Shown here one piece after another: positions 1 through 9,687 of a stretch of DNA of 64,000 bases. The notes under the pieces were generated by a model. That model searched no databases and was not told where the DNA came from. It was given only the letters and a program-made list of their open reading frames with translations. This stretch comes from an uncultured delta proteobacterium (GTDB lineage: Bacteria > Myxococcota > Myxococcia > Myxococcales > Anaeromyxobacteraceae). The translations under genes were made by a program, and so were the position numbers. Position 1 is the stretch's first letter. Each line of letters starts with the position of its first letter. The stretch lies in contig CAVYBH010000012.1 in NCBI GenBank assembly GCA_963766715.1, forward strand, positions 1 through 64,000. Direction: 5' to 3'.

Positions 1-882
1 CCCTGTGCGTGGGCGTGCCGCGCCAGGCAGGCCCGCTGCTCGAGTGCCTCCAGGCGAACGAGCCGAGGCTCTCCCCGGACTGCAACGCCGCCGATGTCCG
101 CAAGGCGATGGAGGCCGCGAGCCTGGTCGATGTCGTGGAGGAGATGAGCAACAAGGACCGGATCCTGGAGGCGCTCGAGATCTTGGAGGGGATCGACTCG
201 GTCGCCTTCGCGCGAAGCCAGATCCTCATCCAGGTGGACGGCTTCAACCGGTACCAGGACGTCGCCAACTCCGGCGTGCTGACCTTCAACCCACAGTTCG
301 TGTTCGGGCACCACAACGAGTTCGCCGTCCAGGCCAAGGTCCCGCTGCTCGTCAGCGTCCCCACCGACCCCAGCTACCCCACCATGTTCGGCGTGGGAAC
401 CCTGTTCACGTCCTTCGCCTGGAACTTCTTCGCCCAGGGCCAGGTGCGCCAGTACCTCGGGCTCGGCATGCAGTGGGAGACGGCCACGTTCCCGGTCACC
501 GGCTACACGTGGGGGCTCGTTCCCTCCTACGCCGTCGCCGTAGGCCTGGCCCGGTGGGTGTCGCTCACCACGCAGGTCTACTGGATGCGCTCGCTCGGGA
601 CGAGCGACAGCTACCAGGAGCTGAACCAGCTGTGGCTCGAGCCCATCCTGGTCTTCAACCTTCCCGGCAGGACGTTCCTCGCCCTCGACACCAAGCTCGG
701 CTGGGATTTCTTCCGGGGCACCTTCGCCCCGGTGATGAAGGGCGTGGGCGGCATCTTCGTGGACCGGCAGCGATCGATCGTCCGTCTCGGCCTGGTACCA
801 GGCCTCGCTCACCAGCGAAGCCGTCCCCGTGACCTTCAAGTACGGGGTCGGGATCGGCCTCGCCTACTACTTCGACTGGTGA
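1..882 (+). CDS. 5'-truncated protein: Cys-rich N-terminal repeat followed by a probable outer-membrane beta-barrel domain (frameshift near 780)
   Basis: ORF 9..926 has LC..LLECL..LSPDC, then alternating aromatic strands. A shift near 780 gives ..YGVGIGLAYYFDW-stop (TGA 880-882), a typical barrel C-terminus. Confidence 0.55.
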
Positions 883-922
883 TGGAATACGGTGCGACGA
901 CCACCGAGCAGCAGGAGGATCG

Positions 923-2365
923 ATGACCCGACCGAACGCCAGGAACAAGCTGAGGTCCCCCCCGAAGGACGGCGCGCCGGTCCCGGTGGCCCCGGGCGCA
1001 GGGGGGCAGTTCCCGTCGTGGAAGGACCGCTACGCCGCGGGCAAGGCCTTGCGACAGTCCTGCCCCCGGGAGTCGCACGCGGCCTGGAAGGCCCCGCCCG
1101 CTCGGGCGGACCCGATTGAGATGGTCCTCGCGGCAGAGAAGGGGCGGCTGCCGGAGTTGCTCCCGCTCCGCCACGGCCGCATGGCCCGTTCCGCATTCAC
1201 GTTCTACCGGGGATCGGCCCTTCCGATGGCGGCCGACCTGGCCACCACTCCGACGTCGGGAATCCGCGTCCAGTGCTGCGGGGACGCCCACCTCTCCAAC
1301 TTCGGTGGATTCGCGACGCCGGAGCGGAGGATCATCTTCTCCATCAACGACCTCGACGAGACCCTTCCGGCTCCATGGGAGTGGGACGTCAAGCGCCTCG
1401 CCGCGAGCTTCGTCGTGGCCTGCCGGGACAACGACCTGAAGGACGCGGCGGCCAGGGGCGTGGTGACGACCTGCGTCCGCACCTACCGCGAGGCGATGGC
1501 CGGGTACAGCAAGCTGAAGACGCTGGAGCTCTGGTACGAGTCGCTGGAGGCCCGTGACCTGCTGCGCACCATCAAGGATCCGGCGGTGCACCGGCGAGTC
1601 GTCGAGCGCCTGGAGAAGGAGAGGGGGAAGAGCAAGGGCGAGGAGATTTTCCCGAAGCTCGCGGCGCACAGGGGGGACCTGCCCGTCATCAAGGACCAGC
1701 TCCCGACCATCTTCCACCACGAGGATCACACTCCCGGCGAGATCCACCAGGCCGTCCGGGACACGATTGCCGGATACCGCGCCACGCTGCCGTCCGCCTA
1801 CCAGTCCTTGCTCGACCGCTACGAGCTGCGGGACGCCGCCATCAAGGTGGTGGGGATTGGGAGCGTCGGGACGTCGTGCTGGGTGCTGCTCTTCATGGCC
1901 GGCGAGGGCGATCCCCTCTTCCTCCAGGTCAAGGAGGCGCGTCCCTCCGTGCTGGAGCGCTACGCGGGGAAGAGCGCCTTCCCGAACCAGGGCCAGCGCG
2001 TGGTGGACGGATATCGACGCATGCAGCCGGCGAGCGACATGTTCCTCGGGTGGACCCGGGGCCCGAAGCGTGACTTTTTCGTGCGCCAGCTCCGGGACAT
2101 CAAGGTCAGCCCCCGGATTGAGACCTTCGACGAGACCGTGATGGACCAGTACGCCACCTGGTGCGGGAAGGCCCTGGCGCTGTCCCACGCCCGCTCCGGG
2201 CGCTCCGCGGAGCTCAGCGGGTACATGGGGAAGAGCGACACGTTCGACGAGGCCATCGCGTCATTCTCGATGGCCTATGCGGATCAGAACGAGAAGGACC
2301 ACGCGGCACTCGAGCGGGCGGTCCGCAAGGGAAAGGTGAAGGCGATCTTCGAAGAGGATCGGTGA
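923..2365 (+). CDS. DUF2252 family protein (kinase-like fold)
   Basis: Motifs RHGRMARSAFTFYRGSA, GDAHLSNFG, INDLDE, KVVGIGSVG, FLQVKEA; GGAGG RBS. Confidence 0.9.
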   Translation: MTRPNARNKLRSPPKDGAPVPVAPGAGGQFPSWKDRYAAGKALRQSCPRESHAAWKAPPARADPIEMVLAAEKGRLPELLPLRHGRMARSAFTFYRGSALPMAADLATTPTSGIRVQCCGDAHLSNFGGFATPERRIIFSINDLDETLPAPWEWDVKRLAASFVVACRDNDLKDAAARGVVTTCVRTYREAMAGYSKLKTLELWYESLEARDLLRTIKDPAVHRRVVERLEKERGKSKGEEIFPKLAAHRGDLPVIKDQLPTIFHHEDHTPGEIHQAVRDTIAGYRATLPSAYQSLLDRYELRDAAIKVVGIGSVGTSCWVLLFMAGEGDPLFLQVKEARPSVLERYAGKSAFPNQGQRVVDGYRRMQPASDMFLGWTRGPKRDFFVRQLRDIKVSPRIETFDETVMDQYATWCGKALALSHARSGRSAELSGYMGKSDTFDEAIASFSMAYADQNEKDHAALERAVRKGKVKAIFEEDR

Positions 2366-2806
2366 TGGCGCCCAGCGTTCGCACCCCCGCCCGGGCACCG
2401 GGAGACCTTGCCCGAGGCTATCGGTGGGCTGCCGCGGCCTGGTCGGATGCGCGTCGGAGGATCACCTCCACGGCGGCGCAACTTCCCGCGTCGCTCAGCG
2501 CCCGCTCGGCGACGATGGCACCCGCCCGGATGAAGAGCTCGGCGCCGGGGGCGGGGAGGGTGCTCGGCACTCTGCCCGCAGTCCACCAGCAGTCCAGGCG
2601 TCGAGGTCGGGTGCCACATCGTGCGGCGCGTGCGATCCAGTCGGATCCCCCGCTCCAACGAAATCAGCAGCTTGACGCTCCGTGCACTCCGGTGAAGCGC
2701 GTGCGATCGGCCCCGGCTCGATTCGAGCCGAAGCTGCGCTCCGGCCTCTTCGTCCACGCGTTCTAGCGGAGCGCCCCGTCCGTCCGGGCGCCCCGCTCCC
2801 CGACGC

Positions 2807-3970
2807 TCACGGCTTGTCGATTCGCCCCGGATCTCGCCGGCCGGGTGGGCGGGGGTGTGGGCGTTGAAGTAGAGGGCTCCCGCACTGAAGTCCGAGACCT
2901 GCACCGCGGTGATGGGCGCCGCGCCATCGGGGGCGACCCACAGGTTCGGGCCGCCCGCCAGCGGCACGATGATCGACCCGGGTGTCCCGCGCGCGGCGTC
3001 GTGGACGTGCGCCGCCGTCGCGGTGAGCCCCGCCGTCGCGATGAACCCGGCGACCGCGCCGGAGGTGGTGTTCACCGCGAGCACGCCGGCCCCGAAGGCG
3101 GTCGTCGTGACGGCCGGCGTCTCCTGGGCGCCGGACATGGAGGCGAGCCTCAGCGTTCCGCCCTTGTCGAGCTGGCCGCGGATCTCTCCGCCGGGGTTCG
3201 CCGCCGTGTGCGCGTTGTAGTAGAGGGAGCCGGCCGCGAAGTCCGCCACCTGGGCCGTGGTGAGCGCCGCGGCGCCGTCCGGGACGACCCAGAGGTTCGG
3301 CCCGCCGGCGAGCGGAACGATGACCGCTCCGGGCGTCCCGCGCGCGGCGTCGTGGACGTGCGCGGCCGTCGCCGTGAGCCCGGTGGTGTTGATGAACCCG
3401 GCGACCGCCCCGGTGGTCGGGTCCACCGCCAGGATGCCGGCGCCCACCGCCGTCGACGCGTTCGCCGGCGTCTCCTGGGCGCCGGAGAGCGACGCGAGCC
3501 TCACCGTCCCGGTCTTGTCGATCTGTCCGCGGATCTCCCCGGCCGGGGTTGGCCGCGGTGTGCGCGTTGAAGTAGAGCTTGCCCGCGGTGAAGTCCACGA
3601 TCTGGGCCGCCGTCAGCGGAGTCGCGCCATCGGGGACCACCCACACGTCGGGCCCGCCGGTGAGCGGGACGAGGATCGCGCCTGGCGTTCCCCGCGCGCC
3701 CGTGTGGACGTGCGCCGCGGTCGCGGCGAGCCCCGTGGTCTGGATGAACCCCGAGACCCTTCCGGATCCCAGGTCGACGGCCAGGATGCCGGCTCCCACG
3801 GCGGCCGACGTGGTGGCGGGGGTCTCCTGGGCCCCGTCGAGCGTCGCGAACAGGACGGCTACCCCCGGGGGCGGGGCGGACCCCGAGCCCGACGACGAGG
3901 AGTCGCCACACCCTGCGGCGATGGAAGCGGTGAGAACGGCGAGCAGCGCGACTCGCGCGCATGGCGTCAT
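2807..3970 (-). CDS. Lipoprotein with three tandem CHRD domains (compensating frameshifts near 3541 and 2825)
   Basis: Lipobox IAAGC; three copies of L.GAQETP..AHVH..RG.PG..LY.NAHT...P.GEIRG, spread over ORFs 2807..3970 and 2284..3504. Confidence 0.85.
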   Translation of the reverse strand: MTPCARVALLAVLTASIAAGCGDSSSSGSGSAPPPGVAVLFATLDGAQETPATTSAAVGAGILAVDLGSGRVSGFIQTTGLAATAAHVHTGARGTPGAILVPLTGGPDVWVVPDGATPLTAAQIVDFTAGKLYFNAHTAANPGRGDPRTDRQDRDGEARVALRRPGDAGERVDGGGRRHPGGGPDHRGGRRVHQHHRAHGDGRARPRRRARDARSGHRSARRRAEPLGRPGRRRGAHHGPGGGLRGRLPLLQRAHGGEPRRRDPRPARQGRNAEARLHVRRPGDAGRHDDRLRGRRARGEHHLRRGRRVHRDGGAHRDGGARPRRRARDTRVDHRAAGGRPEPVGRPRWRGAHHRGAGLGLQCGSPLLQRPHPRPPGRRDPGRIDKP

Positions 3971-4113
3971 GACGGATTCCTCCTCCCGGGCAGGCTGGGA
4001 AGAGATCGCCCGGGGCGAATCCTATCCACACCCGTGCCGGCTCCCGTGCGCCAGCCAGGGCTGGACAAGCCCCGGACGGGGTCGGGAAGGCCGATGGGTC
4101 AGGAGTTTTTCGC

Positions 4114-4515
4114 CTACCGGCGGAAGCCGCCGCCGCCCGGGATGCCCGGGGGCAAGCCCCCGCCCAGCGCACCGGGATCCGAGCCGGGCACGATGATCGA
4201 CGACGACTGCTGGCGCCGGAGCTCCTGGAGCTGCTGGATGGTCTTCTCCACGCCCGCCTTGGCGGCGTCGCCGTAGGCGGCCACCGCGGCCGACAGGTTC
4301 GGCGCGTCGATGTCGAAGCTCACCGGCAGCGGGCCGACCTGGGTCACGATCTGGGCCTCGCCGATGTAGAGCACCTTCCGCGCGAGGTCGGTGGCGCCGT
4401 CGGACGTCACCGGCACGAGCGCCCGGATCGTGCCGATCTTGCGGTCGGTGTAGATCTCCTCGCGGTAGAGCGAGGTCGAGTCCATCTGGATGTCCAGCTC
4501 GGGCATGTCGGCCAT
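4114..4515 (-). CDS. Conserved hypothetical cytoplasmic protein
   Basis: MADMPELDIQMDSTSLYREEIYTDRKIGTIR..; GGAG RBS upstream; strong coding bias; C-terminal part of ORF 4114..5349. Confidence 0.8.
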   Translation of the reverse strand: MADMPELDIQMDSTSLYREEIYTDRKIGTIRALVPVTSDGATDLARKVLYIGEAQIVTQVGPLPVSFDIDAPNLSAAVAAYGDAAKAGVEKTIQQLQELRRQQSSSIIVPGSDPGALGGGLPPGIPGGGGFRR

Positions 4516-4550
4516 TCTCTGCTCCAGGTGTGAGGAGAAGCCTCTCGATA

Positions 4551-5349
4551 TCACGGGGGAAGGACGCGGAGGAACTCGGCGGCGAGCCGGGTGGCCTCCG
4601 GGCCGGCGCGCTCGCTCGCGTGGGGGGCGTGTCCGGACTGGACCCAGGCGATGCGGGCGTCGGGCAGCGCCGCGGCGGCCGCCTCGATCTCGCCCGGCTC
4701 GGTGCGGGGATCGTGGACGCCGTGGAGGAGCATCACCGGGCAGCGCACCTCTCCGAGCCGCCCGTCGTAGACGTCGCCCCCGTCGCACTCGCCCCGGGTG
4801 ATGATCCGGAGCCAGGCCAGGGCGCCCTCGCCGACGACCTCTCGCCAGCGCGGCTCCCCGTGATCGCGCCGCAGGGCGTCGACCATGCCGGAGCCGAAAT
4901 CCTCCGGGGTGGATGCGGCCGCCTCGAAGAAGGGTCGCGACGCGGACTTGGCGCGCCAGAAGTGGCAGGACTCCAGCACCAGGCCGCGGACCCGGTCCGG
5001 CGCCTCGATGGCCATCCAGCCCGCCACCACCGAGCCGTCGCTGTGGCCCCAGAGCGCGGCCCGATCGATGCCGAGCGCGTCCATCACGCGCAGGCACTCC
5101 TGCGCGAAGAGCCGGTGATACCCGTCGGGGAAGGAGGGCAATCGAGGCGAGGTCCCGTACCCGGTCCGGTCCGGGGCCACGACGCGGAACTCGCTCCCGA
5201 GGGCCGCCAGCTGGCGTGTCGAACGGATAGGCCTGCCAGCCCCATCCGCTGTGGAGGATCACGACCGGCGGACCCGATCCGACGTCCCGCACGTGGATGC
5301 GCGACGGGCGCTCCGGGAGCAGCGGCGTCTCGAACTCGACGAAGGGCAT
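4551..5349 (-). CDS. Alpha/beta hydrolase (frameshift near 5212)
   Basis: VVILHSGWG, PDRTGYG, nucleophile motif GHSDG, C-terminal SGHAPH. Confidence 0.85.
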
Positions 5350-5364
5350 TCGTCCGCGGCGGCC

Positions 5365-5772
5365 TCAGGGCCGGGGCATCTCGGACTCGCGCACGAACCG
5401 CGCGAGCGCCATGTCGTGCGTCCGCACGTGCTCGGCGAACCAGTGGCGCAGCGCGCTGGCGAAGGACTTGGTGGGCTGGACGTTGCCGGTCGCGAACTCG
5501 GCCCGGACCTGGTCGATCTGGTCGATCAGCTTGGCGTGCTCGAGCTGGTGGCGCGCGAACTCCTGGTAGGCGTAGAGCCGCATCATGATCTCCTCGGTCG
5601 CGAAGTGGACCCGCGCGAACTCGGAGAGCTGCTGCAGCAGGGCCTCCACCTGGGTTCGGGGCGCCGTGGCCACGGCTCCCTCGAGCGCCCGCACGAGGCC
5701 GAGCATGAGGTCGTGCTCGGAGTCGATCTCCTGCACCCCCACCTCGACGCTGTCCTTGTCCTTCCTCGACAT
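5365..5772 (-). CDS. Single-domain bacteriohemerythrin
   Basis: VGVQEIDSEH, HFATEE, HQLEH, HVRTHD: complete diiron ligand set. Confidence 0.9.
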   Translation of the reverse strand: MSRKDKDSVEVGVQEIDSEHDLMLGLVRALEGAVATAPRTQVEALLQQLSEFARVHFATEEIMMRLYAYQEFARHQLEHAKLIDQIDQVRAEFATGNVQPTKSFASALRHWFAEHVRTHDMALARFVRESEMPRP

Positions 5773-5853
5773 CCCGAACCTCCCCACGGCGCCATGCCGC
5801 ACTCCCCCAATCTAGCGCGGAGGACCGCCGCCGACACGGCTACACTCCATCCC

Positions 5854-6936
5854 GTGCGCATCCTCTACGGGGTGGTCGGGGAGGGAATGGGGCACGCCAT
5901 CCGGTCCCGGGTGGTGCTCGACGAGCTCGCCCGCCGTCACGAGCTCCAGGTGGTGGTGTCCGGAAGGGCCCACGACTACCTCAAGGCCATCGAGAACGAG
6001 CGCCTGGGCGTGAACCGGATCTGGGGCCTGTCCATCGTCTACGAGGACAACCAGGTCCGGAACTTCCGGACCTTGCTCGCCAACGTGAAGGGGGCGCTGG
6101 TCGAGGGCGGGTGGCCGGAGAACATCCGCGCCTTCTTCGACCTGGCCGAGCGGTTCCGGCCCGACGTGGTGATCAGCGACTTCGAGTCGTGGAGCTACCT
6201 CTTCGCGAAGGCGCAGGGGCTCCCCGTCATCTCCATCGACAACCAGCAGATCGTGTCCCGCTGCGACATCGCGCCCGAGGTCGTGGCCGGGCACGAGGCG
6301 GAATACCAGCTCACCCGGGCCATCGTGAAGGCCAAGCTGCCCGGCTGCTTCCACTACCTGGTGACCACGTTCTTCTACCCCCCGGTCGTGAAGCCGCGGA
6401 CCACGCTCGTCCCGCCCATCCTGCGCCCGCGAATCCTCCAGGCTCGCCCGGAGGACGGGGATCACCTGCTCGTCTACCAGACGTCCACGAGCTACGGAGA
6501 CCTGCTCGAACGGCTGAAGGAGACGGGCGTCGAGTGCCGGATCTACGGCGTCCGGCGCGGCATCGAGAAGGAGGAGCAGGACGGAAGGCTCCGGTTCATG
6601 CCCTTCTCCGACGAGGGCTTCGTCGAGGACCTCCGCACCGCGCGCGGGGTCGTCTCGAACGGCGGGTTCACGCTCCTGGGCGAGGCGGTGTACCTGCGCC
6701 GGCCGGTCCTCTCGGTCCCCGTGGGCAAGCAGTTCGAGCAGGTCGTGAACGCGCGATATCTGGAGAGGGAAGGGTACGGGATGGCCGCCGACGAGGTCAC
6801 CGGAGCGGTCCTCGGCGAGTTCCTCGCGCGTGCCCCCGAGCTTCGCCGGAACCTGGCCGCCTACCACCAGGAAGGGAACGAGCGGACGTTCGCGAGCCTG
6901 GAGGAGAACCTCGCGGCCGCCGTCGCCGGTCCCTGA
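5854..6936 (+). CDS. GT-B glycosyltransferase, MJ1255/VC2487 family
   Basis: Starts VRILYGVVGEGMGHA; ISDFE, SIDNQ, NGGFTLLGEA, QFEQVVNA. Confidence 0.9.
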   Translation: MRILYGVVGEGMGHAIRSRVVLDELARRHELQVVVSGRAHDYLKAIENERLGVNRIWGLSIVYEDNQVRNFRTLLANVKGALVEGGWPENIRAFFDLAERFRPDVVISDFESWSYLFAKAQGLPVISIDNQQIVSRCDIAPEVVAGHEAEYQLTRAIVKAKLPGCFHYLVTTFFYPPVVKPRTTLVPPILRPRILQARPEDGDHLLVYQTSTSYGDLLERLKETGVECRIYGVRRGIEKEEQDGRLRFMPFSDEGFVEDLRTARGVVSNGGFTLLGEAVYLRRPVLSVPVGKQFEQVVNARYLEREGYGMAADEVTGAVLGEFLARAPELRRNLAAYHQEGNERTFASLEENLAAAVAGP

Positions 6937-6978
6937 AAAAAGCGCGACCCCGTGCGTTCCGAGAACGCAGCGGGGCCG
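6936..6978 (-). terminator. Intrinsic terminator (hairpin plus six U)
   Basis: GC-rich 15-bp stem followed by T6 on the minus strand (A6 at 6936-6941). Confidence 0.75.
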
Positions 6979-7012
6979 CAGCGACGGCCGGAGGGGGGTT
7001 GGCCATCGCTGA
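6936..7012 (-). ncRNA. Candidate small RNA: two hairpins plus U-tract, C-rich loop
   Basis: Minus-strand RNA: CAGCGAUGGCC-AACCCCCCUCC-GGCCGUCGCUG, then CGGCCCCG-C-UGCGUUC-UCG-GAACGCA-CGGGGUCG-CGC-UUUUUU. The G.U pairs work only on the minus strand. Confidence 0.65.
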
Positions 7013-7022
7013 CTCACCCTTT

Positions 7023-7039
7023 TGCAGGGGGCGGGCCAG
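7023..7039 (-). promoter_or_regulatory. Sigma54 (-24/-12) promoter
   Basis: Minus strand CTGGCCCGCCCCCTGCA with exact GG-N10-GC spacing. Predicted +1 near 7012, at the foot of hairpin 1. Confidence 0.6.
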
Positions 7040-7237
7040 CGCTTCGAGTCGCCAAGTCCTGGAATCACGACGGTGAACGAGGCGTACGTACCGGGTCCAT
7101 CTGACCCGCGGGTGTCGATCGCCGAGCGCGAGCCACGGCCCCGCGGGCCCCCCGAATTTGCTCTCGAGCCACCTTGCTCCCTGCGCCCACCCTGCTACGG
7201 TCAGCGGCGGCCGTGGAACTCGCGGCGGGAGGCGGCG

Positions 7238-7450
7238 ATGGGCGTGGAGGCGATGGCGATGAGTCCGGTCGTGGACGTTTCTGGTCTGGTCGATGCGGTC
7301 ATCCGGCAGCACGGCGTGCACCCCAGCGAGCAGGTGAGGTCGCTCCTCGCGGCGGCCGCCGAGCAGCGGATGCGCGAGCACGGGGAATCGCTCGGTATCG
7401 CCGTGCCGCGCGCCATGGCGGCGCTGGTCACGGCGGCCCACCGGCGCTGA
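7238..7450 (+). CDS. Small hypothetical protein (70 aa)
   Basis: GGAGG RBS before ATG 7238; helical Ala-rich sequence with normal codon bias. Confidence 0.55.
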   Translation: MGVEAMAMSPVVDVSGLVDAVIRQHGVHPSEQVRSLLAAAAEQRMREHGESLGIAVPRAMAALVTAAHRR

Positions 7451-7466
7451 GGAAGGCCGGCCGGAG

Positions 7467-8033
7467 TCACTTCCCGGCCAGCAGCGCCTCCTTGAGGTCC
7501 TCGAGCCCTCCATCGGTGGGCTTCGGGCCGAGCCAGACGCGGAACATCGCGTCGGCGAAGTCCTTGCCCTCGACGGTGACGCCCTTCGTGCCCTCGACAC
7601 CCACGCTGGTGCCCTGGCCCGGGACGTAGACGACGGTCATCACCTGGCCCTCCTTGAACTCGGCGGGGAAGGCGGCCTCGAGGATCTTCAGGCGGGGCGC
7701 CAGCGAGGCGGCCTGGGTGGGGGAGTTGCTCTCGATGCCGTCCTTCAGCGCGCCCAGCATGCTCGCCTTGTCCACGTCGCGGAGCAGGTTCATCCGGATC
7801 GCCTTGGGCGCGTCGAGCGCGACGATGGCCGCCGCGTCGGTCGACCGCTGCGTCACGTAGAGCGCGGCCACGTAGACCTTCACCTTCAGGAAGGTCTTGG
7901 TGCGGAGGCCGGCCCCGTTCAGCAGGAGCGCCTTGCCATCGACGGGGATCGAGTCGGGCACCTTCACGCCGGCGACCTCGAGCGCGGAGGCGGGAAGGGC
8001 GGCGAGCAGCAGGGCGAGGGCGACGCTTCGCAT
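7467..8033 (-). CDS. Secreted chalcone isomerase-fold protein (Chalcone_3)
   Basis: Signal peptide; [26 protein letters not shown]. Confidence 0.9.
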   Translation of the reverse strand: MRSVALALLLAALPASALEVAGVKVPDSIPVDGKALLLNGAGLRTKTFLKVKVYVAALYVTQRSTDAAAIVALDAPKAIRMNLLRDVDKASMLGALKDGIESNSPTQAASLAPRLKILEAAFPAEFKEGQVMTVVYVPGQGTSVGVEGTKGVTVEGKDFADAMFRVWLGPKPTDGGLEDLKEALLAGK

Positions 8034-8083
8034 GGGGGCCTCCGGAGGAGAGAGTGGTGCGGGGCACGATAAGATGCCCGGCC

Positions 8084-8521
8084 ATGAAGAGCCAGACCCG
8101 CTACCTCACCTTCGAGACCCGGCGCCGCCGCGAGCTGGTCCGCATCACCGACGAGGTGGCCTCGCTGGCCGCCGAGTCCGGGATCCAGGAGGGCATGGTG
8201 CTGGTCTCGGCCATGCACATCACCGCGGGCGTGTTCGTGAACGACGACGAGCCGGGGCTTCACGCCGACATCGAGGCCTGGGTGCAGCGGCTCGCGCCCG
8301 GACCGTCGGCCGACGACCGCTCGCCCGGGCCGGACTACCAGCACCACCGGGGCGGCGAGGACAACGGGGACGCGCACCTCAAGAACCTGCTCGTCGGGCA
8401 CCAGGTCATCGTCCCCATCACGCGGGGGCGGCTCGACCTGGGTCCGTGGCAGCAGGTCTTCTACTACGAGTTCGACGGGAAACGGCCCAAGCGCCTCGTC
8501 CTGAAGGCGATGGGGGAATGA
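8084..8521 (+). CDS. yjbQ: YjbQ/UPF0047 family protein
   Basis: [29 protein letters not shown]. Confidence 0.9.
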   Translation: MKSQTRYLTFETRRRRELVRITDEVASLAAESGIQEGMVLVSAMHITAGVFVNDDEPGLHADIEAWVQRLAPGPSADDRSPGPDYQHHRGGEDNGDAHLKNLLVGHQVIVPITRGRLDLGPWQQVFYYEFDGKRPKRLVLKAMGE

Positions 8522-9687
8522 CGGGCGTCCGCGCCGTGCGGGTCTCCCTGGCCCTGGCCGTGGCCGGGACGCTCCTCGCGTCCGGGGGCGCCTTCGCCCA
8601 GGAGCTCGAGGAGCTCCTGGTGAAGAAGGGCGTCCTGAAGGGCGACCAGTACCTGGCGGGCGGGACCGTGGACGTGCACGGAAGGGTCGAGGGCGACCTG
8701 ACCATGGCGGGCGGCCAGGCCGGCCTCGACGGCGTCGTCACCGGAGACGTGGCCGCGATCGGGGGAATCGTCCACGTGGGCGGCGTCGTGGGAGACGACG
8801 TCCGCGTGCTCGGCGGGCAGGTGATCGTGCAGGGCTGGGTCGGGGACGGCCTGCTGGCCGGGGGCGGGGAGATCACGCTCACGAGGGGAACCATGGTGGG
8901 CGGCGACGCCATCCTCGGAGGACGGCGGATCGTCGATCTCGGCGACGTGGGCGGGAACCTGACTGCGGCGGGGCGATACGTGGAGGTCGCCGGCGACGTC
9001 GGCGGCCGGACGACGATCCGGGCCGACGAGGTCGTCATCGGACCCAAGGCCCGGCTCGCGGGGGATCTCCTGGTGAGCAGCCCGAATCCTCCCCGCATCG
9101 CGGAAGGGGCCAAGATCGCGGGCAAGGTGGTGCTCGACGCCCCGGGGGCGAAGGGATCCTGGCAGCGGCTGCGCGAGGTGCTTCGCGCGGCGGCCGTGCA
9201 GGTCGGACTGCTCCTCGTCGCGTGGGCCTGGATCGCGGCTGCCCCTCGCCTGTCCCGGGAGGCCGCGGCGGTGGAGTGGCGGCGGCTCTGGCTCGTGCCC
9301 GGCATCGGCGTGGCGGTCGGGTTCGGGCTGCCGCTCGTGGCGGCCCTCCTCGCCCTCACCGTCGTGGGGATCCCGCTGGCCATCGGGGTGGCGGCGGTCT
9401 GGGCGCTCCTCCTCCTCGCCGGGTATGCCTCCACCGCGATTTGCCTGGGGGAGTGGCTCCGCAGTCGCACCAGCCGGGGCGCCCCGGACGCGAAGCTCGG
9501 GAGGACGCTCCTCTGGACCTTCCTGGCGCTCCTCGTCCTCCGCGCCGCGGAGGCGCTCCCGTGGGTGGGAGCGGCGGTGGCGGTCGGCGCGATCGCCTTC
9601 GGTGCGGGGGCCGTGGCCCTGGTCGCGCAGCGGGCCCACTGGCGCGGGCGCGTCAGCCGTGGACCGCCCGGCCCAGGCGCCGCATGA
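8518..9687 (+). CDS. Membrane protein with polymer-forming (bactofilin-like) beta-helix repeats and C-terminal TM helices
   Basis: Signal peptide; repeated V.G.V.GD..A.GG units; TM region [12 protein letters not shown] overlap with yjbQ. Confidence 0.8.
   Translation: MTGVRAVRVSLALAVAGTLLASGGAFAQELEELLVKKGVLKGDQYLAGGTVDVHGRVEGDLTMAGGQAGLDGVVTGDVAAIGGIVHVGGVVGDDVRVLGGQVIVQGWVGDGLLAGGGEITLTRGTMVGGDAILGGRRIVDLGDVGGNLTAAGRYVEVAGDVGGRTTIRADEVVIGPKARLAGDLLVSSPNPPRIAEGAKIAGKVVLDAPGAKGSWQRLREVLRAAAVQVGLLLVAWAWIAAAPRLSREAAAVEWRRLWLVPGIGVAVGFGLPLVAALLALTVVGIPLAIGVAAVWALLLLAGYASTAICLGEWLRSRTSRGAPDAKLGRTLLWTFLALLVLRAAEALPWVGAAVAVGAIAFGAGAVALVAQRAHWRGRVSRGPPGPGAA

Noticed and set aside
2418..2619. Possible ~50-65 aa minus-strand ORF (..PGAELFIRAGAIVAERAL..)
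   Set aside because: Reasonable codon bias but no clear start or RBS and no motif; too weak to call.
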